Below, in pieces: positions 37,217 to 44,611 of a stretch of DNA of 64,000 nt. The translations under genes were made by a program, and so were the position numbers. Under the pieces are notes generated by a model. It had not been told where the DNA came from. It did not search any database and saw only the letters and a list, made by a program, of their open reading frames with translations. Within the stretch, counting starts at the first letter, position 1. Each line of letters begins with the position of its first letter. Source of the DNA: a virus (taxonomy: Duplodnaviria > Heunggongvirae > Uroviricota > Caudoviricetes); the IMG/VR virus record IMGVR_UViG_3300037280_000066, positions 118,061-182,060 of that record. One strand, written 5' to 3'.

Positions 37217-37614
37217 GTGAAAGAGGTATGAGAGAGTTAGTTGCTATAGGCAAGATGGAAGAAGTGTTTAAGATAGGTAATATAGTAACTCTAAGGTGTC
37301 CTAACACTATAGGTTATTTACAGTATGAAGGTGAGAGAATTTTTACTGGACTTGTTTTTGACTCTGGAATAATTACAACAACAGGACGTATATATTGGTT
37401 TAACCATGATATAGAAAAGTTAACACAAAATGAGTATGGTTGTACTATTCCATATTCAGTAATAGAAGCAGTATCATTTTTGTTAAATGATACAAAGAAT
37501 AATAAGTTTAGTAATATGTGTTCTATTGCATCATGGACAAGAGCATTATCTATAGGCATAGAGACAGCACATGATGCAGGGAAGTTAATGGATTATAAAA
37601 AAATAGAACTATAA
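37213..37614 (+). CDS. hypothetical early protein
   Basis: 133 aa; ATGA start/stop overlap with the upstream gene. Confidence 0.55.
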   Translation: MSERGMRELVAIGKMEEVFKIGNIVTLRCPNTIGYLQYEGERIFTGLVFDSGIITTTGRIYWFNHDIEKLTQNEYGCTIPYSVIEAVSFLLNDTKNNKFSNMCSIASWTRALSIGIETAHDAGKLMDYKKIEL

Positions 37615-37640
37615 TAATATAAGAAAGGAGGACAGCACTT

Positions 37641-37892
37641 ATGGGTATAATATTAAGCAGTCAGATATTAGAGGTAGAAGAAATAGTAAAGAAGACACAG
37701 GCAAAAATGTTTAAAAGTTTGAAAGTAGGCAATAAAATAGTAATAACTATTCCTATAATGAGAGATGCAGGGAGAAGGGGAGTAACAGCTAGTTACTTGA
37801 CAGCCACAAACTTAATAACATATGAGGAAAATGTTTCATCATTCAAACAGATGGATACCATATTACAATGTTTTAAGTTTAAGGCAGTATAA
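37641..37892 (+). CDS. hypothetical early protein
   Basis: 83 aa; AAGGAGG RBS. Confidence 0.6.
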   Translation: MGIILSSQILEVEEIVKKTQAKMFKSLKVGNKIVITIPIMRDAGRRGVTASYLTATNLITYEENVSSFKQMDTILQCFKFKAV

Positions 37893-37922
37893 TAAACTTA
37901 TACATACACATACTTATTCAAA

Positions 37923-37950
37923 CCTCTCATTCTGAGAGGTTTGTTTTTTA
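37923..37950 (+). terminator. Rho-independent terminator
   Basis: CCTCTCATTCTGAGAGG hairpin followed by TTTGTTTTTT. Confidence 0.7.
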
Positions 37951-37972
37951 TGTTTAAAATTGAATAAAAGTA

Positions 37973-38001
37973 TTGACAATATCAAACAATAAGAGTAAGA
38001 T
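37973..38001 (+). promoter_or_regulatory. early promoter (TTGACA-17-TAAGAT)
   Basis: TTGACAATATCAAACAATAAGAGTAAGAT. Confidence 0.55.
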
Positions 38002-38037
38002 GTATATATGATGATTAATATTAAATTGGAGGAATTG

Positions 38038-38430
38038 AGTATGATAAGATTTTGGAGTATGGGAGGTATCCTTATAGTTAAGGGTACAATACATTTTATA
38101 ACAGTAATGGAAAGTGGTTTTGATAATATAACTAAGATATCAGCAGGTAAATGTGGCTCTTTAACTGATATATTAGAAGTTAACCATAATACTAAGTGCA
38201 TCACAGCAATATACAATTATCCATCATCATTAGAGTATATAGCAGATTGGGCTAAAAATCTTTACCATGAATACCTACAAGCAGATGATAAGGTTGTGCA
38301 TAATGGTTTTGGAGTAGGTAAGATTGAGTGTTTCCATAAGACAAAAGCATATGTAGAGTTTAGTAAGATAGGTAAGGAGCGTAATGTCTCTTTATGGATT
38401 GAATCAAGTGAATTAACAAAAATGAGATAG
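38038..38430 (+). CDS. hypothetical early protein
   Basis: Track ORF trimmed to ATG 38038 (MIRFWSMGG), 7 nt after GGAGGA. Confidence 0.55.
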   Translation, partial: SMIRFWSMGGILIVKGTIHFITVMESGFDNITKISAGKCGSLTDILEVNHNTKCITAIYNYPSSLEYIADWAKNLYHEYLQADDKVVHNGFGVGKIECFHKTKAYVEFSKIGKERNVSLWIESSELTKMR

Positions 38431-38449
38431 TATAAGGAGGATAAGTAAA

Positions 38450-39043
38450 ATGTGTACAGCCAGATGCAATAACTGTAATATTGAGGAAGGTGAAGAATGT
38501 ACAAGGTTATTCAAACATATAAATGATTGTGATGAATGTCCATTTCAAGATGATAGAGAATATTGTAGTCATTCCCCTGATGGATATCATCCATGTGAGT
38601 TTAGAGAGGACTTTGGAGAGAAGACAGTAGAAGAGGTTCAGAGTCATATATCTAGTGGGATAAGAGCCTATGAAGAGCATGAGGATAGAATGTATGAGAA
38701 GGAACAGGAGAAAAAGAGAAAGGATAAGGAAGCAAAAGAGAAGAGAGACAGAACAAGGTGGGATAACTACCTATTAAATAAAGAGTTAACAAAGTTAAAA
38801 AAGGCAATAAGAAATAAGAAACAGTTTTTGAGTAGATTATCTGCCTTTAGTTCAGCAGTAGCCATAACAAATCATATGTTTAGTATGAATGATACAGAGA
38901 TAAGTATACCAGAACCAAAAGCAAAACATCCATTTGAGATTCAAATTGAGCAACATAATGAGCGTATACTTGAGATAAACAAAGAGAAGAAAGAGAAAGC
39001 AAAACAAAGAAGGATAAAAAATAAGGAGGGCAAAGAAAAATGA
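38450..39043 (+). CDS. Cys-rich N-terminus plus K/E-rich coiled-coil protein
   Basis: 197 aa; AAGGAGG RBS; CTARCNNCN...CTRLFKHINDCDECPF...CSHSPDGYHPC. Confidence 0.6.
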   Translation: MCTARCNNCNIEEGEECTRLFKHINDCDECPFQDDREYCSHSPDGYHPCEFREDFGEKTVEEVQSHISSGIRAYEEHEDRMYEKEQEKKRKDKEAKEKRDRTRWDNYLLNKELTKLKKAIRNKKQFLSRLSAFSSAVAITNHMFSMNDTEISIPEPKAKHPFEIQIEQHNERILEINKEKKEKAKQRRIKNKEGKEK

Positions 39044-39447
39044 ACAATAACTTTAAGGCATGGGATAAGGTTAACAAAAAAATTGAGGACATAGATGGTT
39101 GTCATTTGTACTTAGCAGATGGAAAGGTGTATGAGGTATATGAACAAGGTGGATGGTCAAGTTATATGGAGAAACGTAACATGGAAGACAGATACATCCC
39201 TCTTCAAGGGCTTGACATATGCGACATAACAGGACAGTTATTGTTTGAAGGTTATACTGTTAGATGCATACAGACAGGGCATGTAGGCAAGATAGCATTT
39301 AGGAAATACTATTGGACAGTCAAAGGTTATAAGAATTCAAACTTTGATATACCATTCATGGCATTTTCAGAAGATGAAACATTTGAAATAGTAAGTACTG
39401 ATATTGATTATGATATAGAGGGAGGAAAACATAATGTTTCTGAATAG
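39040..39447 (+). CDS. hypothetical early protein
   Basis: 135 aa; AAGGAGGG RBS; start overlaps the upstream stop. Confidence 0.55.
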   Translation: MNNNFKAWDKVNKKIEDIDGCHLYLADGKVYEVYEQGGWSSYMEKRNMEDRYIPLQGLDICDITGQLLFEGYTVRCIQTGHVGKIAFRKYYWTVKGYKNSNFDIPFMAFSEDETFEIVSTDIDYDIEGGKHNVSE

Positions 39448-39724
39448 TTATGATATAGTTTTACAGGCTAATGGCATGTATGGAATAGTTATAGCCAATG
39501 AAATATTTTGTTTAGATGGTCAGCATTATGAACTTAAGAACTTTAGGCAGAACCTAACATTTAAAGGCAGTCAAATATGTAATATAGTAGCCATTTACAA
39601 AGCCAGAGAACAATATGCACCTAGTCAATTAGCAATGTCAATTTACAGGAATTTTAATCCTGTAAGAGAGATAGAAAGGTGTTATGATAAGTTCTTAACT
39701 GGTAATGATGGCAATAACAGTTAA
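39434..39724 (+). CDS. hypothetical early protein
   Basis: 96 aa; GAGGGAGG RBS. Confidence 0.5.
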   Translation: MFLNSYDIVLQANGMYGIVIANEIFCLDGQHYELKNFRQNLTFKGSQICNIVAIYKAREQYAPSQLAMSIYRNFNPVREIERCYDKFLTGNDGNNS

Positions 39725-39751
39725 AATAAAAATTTAATTTAACGAATAGTA

Positions 39752-39780
39752 TTGACAGTATTGCGAAATACTGTTATTAT
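39752..39780 (+). promoter_or_regulatory. early promoter (TTGACA-17-TATTAT)
   Basis: AATAGTATTGACAGTATTGCGAAATACTGTTATTAT. Confidence 0.55.
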
Positions 39781-39813
39781 TATATTATCAAATAAATTGT
39801 GGAGGTTATGAAT

Positions 39814-40008
39814 ATGTTGAAAGAGATTAATAGAACAATGCATGTGTGTAGATTACCAGAAAAAGCACAAGAGAAAATTGCTAGGTATTTAATGGATATG
39901 CCAGAAACAACTATTCATGGACTTAATAATATGATGGATGGACGTATCTGTGATATGGAAGAGGTTGTAAGTTTTTCTAAAATTTTGGAATTAATAAAGG
40001 AGGTTTAA
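39814..40008 (+). CDS. hypothetical early protein
   Basis: Track ORF trimmed to ATG 39814 (MLKEINRT), 8 nt after GGAGG. Confidence 0.5.
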   Translation: MLKEINRTMHVCRLPEKAQEKIARYLMDMPETTIHGLNNMMDGRICDMEEVVSFSKILELIKEV

Positions 40009-40015
40009 GTATTTC

Positions 40016-40258
40016 ATGAACAAGTCAATAGGTGTTAAGTGTGTGTTAGGTGATTTAGTAAAAGTTGTAGGAGGAAGGAACAAAGGCAAGTTAGGTTATG
40101 TAGTAGGTATTAGTGTTGTAGAATGTGAGGGAGCAAATATCCTTGACCAGAAGATAACCTATACTGTTGATGCATATGTAGACATGAGAGGATTTATCAA
40201 GAAGAAGATAAAAGTTGTTGAAGATAACCTGATGGACTTAGGTGGGAGTAGTATATGA
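40016..40258 (+). CDS. hypothetical protein with KOW-like motif
   Basis: 80 aa; AAGGAGG RBS; GDLVKVVGGRNKGKLGYVVGI. Confidence 0.55.
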   Translation: MNKSIGVKCVLGDLVKVVGGRNKGKLGYVVGISVVECEGANILDQKITYTVDAYVDMRGFIKKKIKVVEDNLMDLGGSSI

Positions 40259-40464
40259 AATTTTTTGTAGAAGTTTATGTAAAGAGTGCCAAAAAAGGTG
40301 TTATATTTGAATGGAGGAAGGTAAGACCATCATTACAGGAAGAACCTTATGAGTTTGACACTGTAAAAAAAGCTGTAGACATGGTTGAGAGATGTTATCC
40401 TGAACCTTGTGGTAAGGTAAGAATTGTTGATTCAAATGGTGAGGAATGGAAACATTTTCTTTAA
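40255..40464 (+). CDS. hypothetical early protein
   Basis: 69 aa; GGTGGGAG RBS; 4-nt overlap with the upstream gene. Confidence 0.5.
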   Translation: MKFFVEVYVKSAKKGVIFEWRKVRPSLQEEPYEFDTVKKAVDMVERCYPEPCGKVRIVDSNGEEWKHFL

Positions 40465-40484
40465 AATAAATTTGAAAAATAGTA

Positions 40485-40514
40485 TTGACAGTATTATTAT
40501 TTTTATGATAAGAT
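40485..40514 (+). promoter_or_regulatory. early promoter (TTGACA-18-TGATAAGAT)
   Basis: AATAGTATTGACAGTATTATTATTTTTATGATAAGAT. Confidence 0.6.
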
Positions 40515-40555
40515 ATAGAGGTAGCAAACAAACTAACTAATAGGAGCGTGTGAGT

Positions 40556-40771
40556 ATGATTAAAATTGAGATAACTAGTGCATCAAAAGAAGATTTACAG
40601 GCAGTTTATGATTTTCTAAATAACCTTGATGGTCTTGTGTGGGAAAGTGATGATAGCGAAGGTATAGTAACAATAGAGTTAGATGATGATACAATGATGC
40701 ATTGTGACTTTTGTGATTTCACTGAATTGCTTAATGATTTAGATATAGAGTGGGAGGAATTGGAAAACTAA
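40556..40771 (+). CDS. small highly acidic protein (possible DNA mimic)
   Basis: Start at ATG 40556 (MIKIEITS) after GGAGCGTG; about 30 percent D/E residues. Confidence 0.5.
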   Translation: MIKIEITSASKEDLQAVYDFLNNLDGLVWESDDSEGIVTIELDDDTMMHCDFCDFTELLNDLDIEWEELEN

Positions 40772-40835
40772 GATACATAGAAAGGAGGAATATTTTACTT
40801 CACTACACACTACATTATATAGGAGGTTTATAGAT

Positions 40836-41141
40836 ATGGACAATTTGAATTTTAAAAGAACAGAGCATTTACTAAAAACAGTATTGCAACAGATTAATGA
40901 GATTCAGGAACTAACCAAGAGTATTGAGAGTAAGAGCATAGCCAACAGAATAGCTGAGATGGATGTAGAAGCAGGGGATATAGTAATTGTAGCACCAACA
41001 GGCAACAGAGAGGAAGATTTCAAGGCAACATTTGTTGCATGGGATAATGAGGATAAGACAAAGCCAATTGATACAGGTGTTTGTATGGATGAAAAAGGTG
41101 GATTAATATATGTACATGTATGGAGCTTAACCAAGGCTTAA
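40836..41141 (+). CDS. hypothetical early protein
   Basis: 101 aa; TAGGAGG RBS. Confidence 0.6.
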   Translation: MDNLNFKRTEHLLKTVLQQINEIQELTKSIESKSIANRIAEMDVEAGDIVIVAPTGNREEDFKATFVAWDNEDKTKPIDTGVCMDEKGGLIYVHVWSLTKA

Positions 41142-41169
41142 TAAGATAAATATAATATAAGGATATAAA

Positions 41170-41203
41170 AGATAGTGGGTAAATTGCCTACTATCTTTTT
41201 TGC
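41170..41203 (+). terminator. Rho-independent terminator (loop GGGTAAATTGCC, shared with the 46030 terminator)
   Basis: AGATAGT...ACTATCT stem followed by TTTTTTGC. Confidence 0.6.
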
Positions 41204-41337
41204 ATATTGTGTTGACAGGGCTTAATATGTATGATAGAATAAAGAAAGAGACTCACGCAAGGAGAATGTTGGGGGAGAAACACTCAACTTGCACTTTTTT
41301 AAAAAGAGGTTAAAAAATTAAAGATGAATAAATGATA

Positions 41338-41367
41338 TTGACAATACATATAATACTATGGTAAGAT
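41338..41367 (+). promoter_or_regulatory. early promoter (TTGACA-18-TGGTAAGAT)
   Basis: GATATTGACAATACATATAATACTATGGTAAGAT. Confidence 0.6.
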
Positions 41368-41408
41368 ATAAGAGTAGAAAATATCAAATGAGCGAAGGAG
41401 TGTTGAAT

Positions 41409-41711
41409 ATGTTATTATCAACTAAATTAGCAAATAAGCTTAAGGCTTTATCAGGTGACTTAGACATTCAGTTAAAGAACATTAGAATAAATGGTGAAGC
41501 AAGAGGTTGTAGTGGTTTTGTAACTTGCAAATTAACAGGTAACATTGTCTATGTTAATACCGAAAAGTCATGTTACAGTCCACTTGCACATAAGAATTTG
41601 TATAGGTCAGCAAAAAACACTAAAGACTATACAGGTGGCATAAATCAATTTGCTACTGATGAAGATATTGCAGAATCAATTATCAAATGGTTAAAGAGAG
41701 GTTATATTTAA
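41409..41711 (+). CDS. hypothetical early protein
   Basis: Track ORF started inside the -10 box; trimmed to ATG 41409 (MLLSTK) behind GAAGGAG. Confidence 0.55.
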   Translation: MLLSTKLANKLKALSGDLDIQLKNIRINGEARGCSGFVTCKLTGNIVYVNTEKSCYSPLAHKNLYRSAKNTKDYTGGINQFATDEDIAESIIKWLKRGYI

Positions 41712-41725
41712 AGGAGGTAGTAATA

Positions 41726-41851
41726 TGTGTAATTGTTCAGATATGTACAATTGTTGTGATTGTGGAGGTAATGGCTGTGGTTGTCCTTATTGTTGGAGTT
41801 GTAATGCATGTGAGGAATGTTTAGAAGAAGAAGAAAAAGAAAATAAATAAA
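41726..41851 (+). CDS. 41-aa Cys-rich peptide (MCNCSDMYNCCDCGGNGCGCPYCWSCNACEEC...)
   Basis: Not in track; AAAGGAGG RBS 7 nt upstream; 13 Cys; acidic tail. Confidence 0.5.
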
Positions 41852-41867
41852 AAATGAATAATAATAT

Positions 41868-41896
41868 TGACAATATCATATAATAAGCGTATACTT
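41868..41896 (+). promoter_or_regulatory. early promoter (TTGACA-17-TATACT)
   Basis: AATAATATTGACAATATCATATAATAAGCGTATACT. Confidence 0.5.
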
Positions 41897-41902
41897 AAAG
41901 AG

Positions 41903-41952
41903 TGGTCAGGCAAGCGTAAATCCTTCCTTGCAAGTGTAGTTGCCTGACTACA
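41903..41952 (+). promoter_or_regulatory. conserved 5'-leader hairpin element, copy A
   Basis: GTGGTCAGGCAAG-CGTAAATCCTTCC-TTGCAAGTGTAGTTGCCTGAC: covarying stem, conserved loop; starts at the predicted +1. Confidence 0.6.
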
Positions 41953-41983
41953 ACAAAATAAAAATCACATGGAGGTCATGTAT

Positions 41984-42544
41984 ATGTTGACAAGAGAAGA
42001 TTTAACCAGAGGTATTAAGAACTTAGAGAACTACTTAGCAACAGGCAAGGATGGTAAGGCAATAGTAGTAGGTACAGAAGAGCATGTTAACATGAACAAA
42101 GCAATTGATGTACTTGCAAATCTACTTAAGGATATGGATGTAGCAGAAGTAATAGTGCCAGTTCTTCCAGTACCAGCAGTAGAGAAAGTTAAGAAGGAAA
42201 GAAAACCAAGAGCTAAAAAAGTAAAGCCAGAGTTGAAATGGAACAAAGACAACATAAAGGATTTACTTTCCAAGTATAACACAATGGTAGAGAGGTCAAT
42301 AGTTCAGTTGTATGAGAGACAAACAGCAGATGAAAAGCAGACTGCAAGTACAAATCATGAGAATGGAATAGGTTTTAATGGTTCAGATGCACCTATTATG
42401 TCAAGTTTTGCTAAACAGGTAATGAGAGGTGTTGTTCTTTCCCCTAAACAATTGGATATAGCTAGACCAAAGATAATGAAGTATGCAGGGCAGTTAGCAC
42501 ATATAGGCAATGAGATAGAAGCTACAAAGGCAAAAGGGCAATAA
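41984..42544 (+). CDS. hypothetical early protein
   Basis: Start ATG 41984 (MLTREDL), 8 nt after GGAGG in the CATGGAGGTCATGTATATG context. Confidence 0.6.
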   Translation: MLTREDLTRGIKNLENYLATGKDGKAIVVGTEEHVNMNKAIDVLANLLKDMDVAEVIVPVLPVPAVEKVKKERKPRAKKVKPELKWNKDNIKDLLSKYNTMVERSIVQLYERQTADEKQTASTNHENGIGFNGSDAPIMSSFAKQVMRGVVLSPKQLDIARPKIMKYAGQLAHIGNEIEATKAKGQ

Positions 42545-42576
42545 GCCCTTCCCTGCATTAATAGGAGGAAGAGAGT

Positions 42577-42897
42577 ATGAGATTAAATGTTACACAAATA
42601 ACACAAGAAGTAAAGAACACATTTTGTTTAATGTTAGGAGAACAGGAAATATTAGAACTAAAAGAGATGGAGAAAGAATATATCCCTTTGAAATTCAGCG
42701 TATATGTGTGTAGACAGAAAGCAGAATGGGTGTATTATTTTATCATCAAAGGATATAAACAAGAGTTTGAGACTGACTTAGGCATTGAAACTTTGTATGA
42801 TGGTTTAATTCAGGAAACAAATAAATTCAATACAGTTAAAGAAATGGTGTTACATATCATTAATAACTGTGATTCATTAAGTATATCACCACTATAA
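42577..42897 (+). CDS. hypothetical early protein
   Basis: 106 aa; TAGGAGG RBS. Confidence 0.6.
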   Translation: MRLNVTQITQEVKNTFCLMLGEQEILELKEMEKEYIPLKFSVYVCRQKAEWVYYFIIKGYKQEFETDLGIETLYDGLIQETNKFNTVKEMVLHIINNCDSLSISPL

Positions 42898-42913
42898 AAG
42901 GAGGAATGTTATT

Positions 42914-43237
42914 GTGTTAGATACAGTTGATAAGGTTGTTACTAAGATTGAACTTTCACCATATGTAAAGGAAAGAATCAAGGCAAAGTTAGAATTGATT
43001 GAGAGCAAAAATGTTGTACCTATGGAGCAGTTAAGGCAGTTGTTGAACTTTGTATGTCCTAATGTGGTTAAGTTGATTAAACCACCAAATAGGTTTCAAT
43101 ATGGCTCAACAGATGAAGCAATTGTTTTATATATGAAAGCTTCTAGTGAGTGCATGTTTGAGAATTCACAGTTTAATTTTCCATATACTAATGAAAGTCT
43201 AGAGCAGTTGAAAAAGTATATAAAAGAAATTAAGTAA
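42914..43237 (+). CDS. hypothetical early protein
   Basis: 107 aa; GTG start 9 nt after AAAGGAGG. Confidence 0.5.
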   Translation: MLDTVDKVVTKIELSPYVKERIKAKLELIESKNVVPMEQLRQLLNFVCPNVVKLIKPPNRFQYGSTDEAIVLYMKASSECMFENSQFNFPYTNESLEQLKKYIKEIK

Positions 43238-43243
43238 ATAGTA

Positions 43244-43273
43244 TTGACAGTATTACTATTTATATGGTAGAAT
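43244..43273 (+). promoter_or_regulatory. early promoter (TTGACA-18-TGGTAGAAT)
   Basis: AATAGTATTGACAGTATTACTATTTATATGGTAGAAT. Confidence 0.6.
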
Positions 43274-43279
43274 GTATTT

Positions 43280-43334
43280 GTGGTCAGGACAACGTAATTT
43301 ATTCCTTCCTCGTAAGTGTTGTTATCCTGACTGC
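43280..43334 (+). promoter_or_regulatory. conserved 5'-leader hairpin element, copy B
   Basis: GTGGTCAGGACAA-CGTAATTTATTCCTTCC-TCGTAAGTGTTGTTATCCTGAC. Confidence 0.6.
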
Positions 43335-43370
43335 AAACAAACAAAAATAAAAACATGGAGGTCATGTATT

Positions 43371-43811
43371 ATGATGGATAAGAATGGTATTGAGTTGAAA
43401 GTGGGACAGATAGTTAAAATTGAAGGTGGATTTTTCAAGGCTGATAATGGTTTATTTAGAATTTCACATGCACCTGAAAATGAAAATTGGAGTGGTACAG
43501 ACTACTGTTTGAAAAAGGTTAACAAGGATTTTTCAGATAGCAAGAGCAAGTATAGCACAGCGTTTTTTCCTTTAATGGTTACAGTTAGCAAGAGAGAGAC
43601 AAGATTACAAGCTAGAGAACACAACAAGACCAATGCTACAATAGAAGTTGTTGGTAGTGTTAAGATATATAAAATCAAAGAAACTCATGATACATGGAGT
43701 GTAAGAGATAATATTGATTATGTAACAGAATCAGAACTTGAAGAGTGCAAAAAGAGTTCCAGATTTGAGTTTGAACTATTGGAAATATTAAATTGTGAAG
43801 TTGAAAAATAG
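43371..43811 (+). CDS. hypothetical early protein
   Basis: Track ORF began in the promoter; trimmed to ATG 43371 (MMDKNGIELK), 9 nt after GGAGG. Confidence 0.6.
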   Translation: MMDKNGIELKVGQIVKIEGGFFKADNGLFRISHAPENENWSGTDYCLKKVNKDFSDSKSKYSTAFFPLMVTVSKRETRLQAREHNKTNATIEVVGSVKIYKIKETHDTWSVRDNIDYVTESELEECKKSSRFEFELLEILNCEVEK

Positions 43812-43813
43812 TA

Positions 43814-43842
43814 TTGACAGTATCATGGTAGTGTGGTAATAT
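43814..43842 (+). promoter_or_regulatory. early promoter (TTGACA-17-TGGTAATAT)
   Basis: AATAGTATTGACAGTATCATGGTAGTGTGGTAATAT. Confidence 0.55.
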
Positions 43843-43879
43843 AAGAGGGTAGACAAAATAAAACTGTGGAGGTCACATT

Positions 43880-44386
43880 ATGAAGAAGAGTGAAATTTTA
43901 AAGGCTGAACTTGCAACATTGAATGCAGACAATGAAAAGGCAATGCAGGAAATTAGAAGCTTAGTACCTAACCATACAGCTAAGTATAATGAGTATTGGA
44001 ATGGCAAGGGCAAGAATTATTTTCAAAGGGAAAGAGAATTGAAAGATGGAATAATCAGAGAGGAAAGAAGAGAAGTTGAAGTTGGAGATGGTGTTACAGT
44101 TTGTTTGTATAGTGATAGACATGCAGGGACAGTTATAAAGAGGACTAAATGTACTATCACAGTACAGAGGGACAAAGCTACACTTAATCCTGATTTCAAG
44201 CCAGAGGTAGTTGCAGGGGGTTTTGCAGGACATTGTACAAATCAGGATGAACAGACATACACCTATGAGAGAGATTCAAAGGGTAGTATTGAAACATATA
44301 GATGGTCAGAAAAGCGTGGTATATTTCAGAATGACAGTATCAAAGTAATAAATGGTAGAAGAGAGTTTTATGATTACAATTTTTAA
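43880..44386 (+). CDS. hypothetical early protein
   Basis: 168 aa; TGGAGGTCACATTATG start context. Confidence 0.6.
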   Translation: MKKSEILKAELATLNADNEKAMQEIRSLVPNHTAKYNEYWNGKGKNYFQRERELKDGIIREERREVEVGDGVTVCLYSDRHAGTVIKRTKCTITVQRDKATLNPDFKPEVVAGGFAGHCTNQDEQTYTYERDSKGSIETYRWSEKRGIFQNDSIKVINGRREFYDYNF

Positions 44387-44399
44387 TTTGCAAATAGTA

Positions 44400-44429
44400 T
44401 TGACAGTATTAAGCTTTATGTGGTAAGAT
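44400..44429 (+). promoter_or_regulatory. early promoter (TTGACA-18-TGGTAAGAT)
   Basis: AATAGTATTGACAGTATTAAGCTTTATGTGGTAAGAT. Confidence 0.6.
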
Positions 44430-44435
44430 GTACTT

Positions 44436-44492
44436 GTGGTTAAGAGATAACGTAAATAAATCCTTCCCTGAAAGTGTTGTTATCTCTTCACC
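44436..44492 (+). promoter_or_regulatory. conserved 5'-leader hairpin element, copy C
   Basis: GTGGTTAAGAGATAA-CGTAAATAAATCCTTCCCTGAAAGTGTTGT-TATCTCTTCACC. Confidence 0.6.
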
Positions 44493-44531
44493 TAAGACTT
44501 GAAAGAAAATAATGAAATGATGAATAAATGA

Positions 44532-44560
44532 TTGACAAATGAGGTAAACTAAGGTAAGAT
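44532..44560 (+). promoter_or_regulatory. early promoter (TTGACA-17-TAAGAT), tandem to the 44400 promoter
   Basis: ATTGACAAATGAGGTAAACTAAGGTAAGAT. Confidence 0.5.
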
Positions 44561-44611
44561 AAGGATAACAACTAACAACAAATTTTAAATTAAAAAAGGA
44601 GAATGATTATT

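Noticed and set aside
41358-41408. Track-predicted N-terminal extensions starting at ATG within ATGGTAAGAT (also at 43272, 46107, 48082, 53760, 61272)
   Set aside because: The ATG is part of the -10 promoter box (TGgTAAGAT). The real starts lie downstream, behind GGAGG sites.
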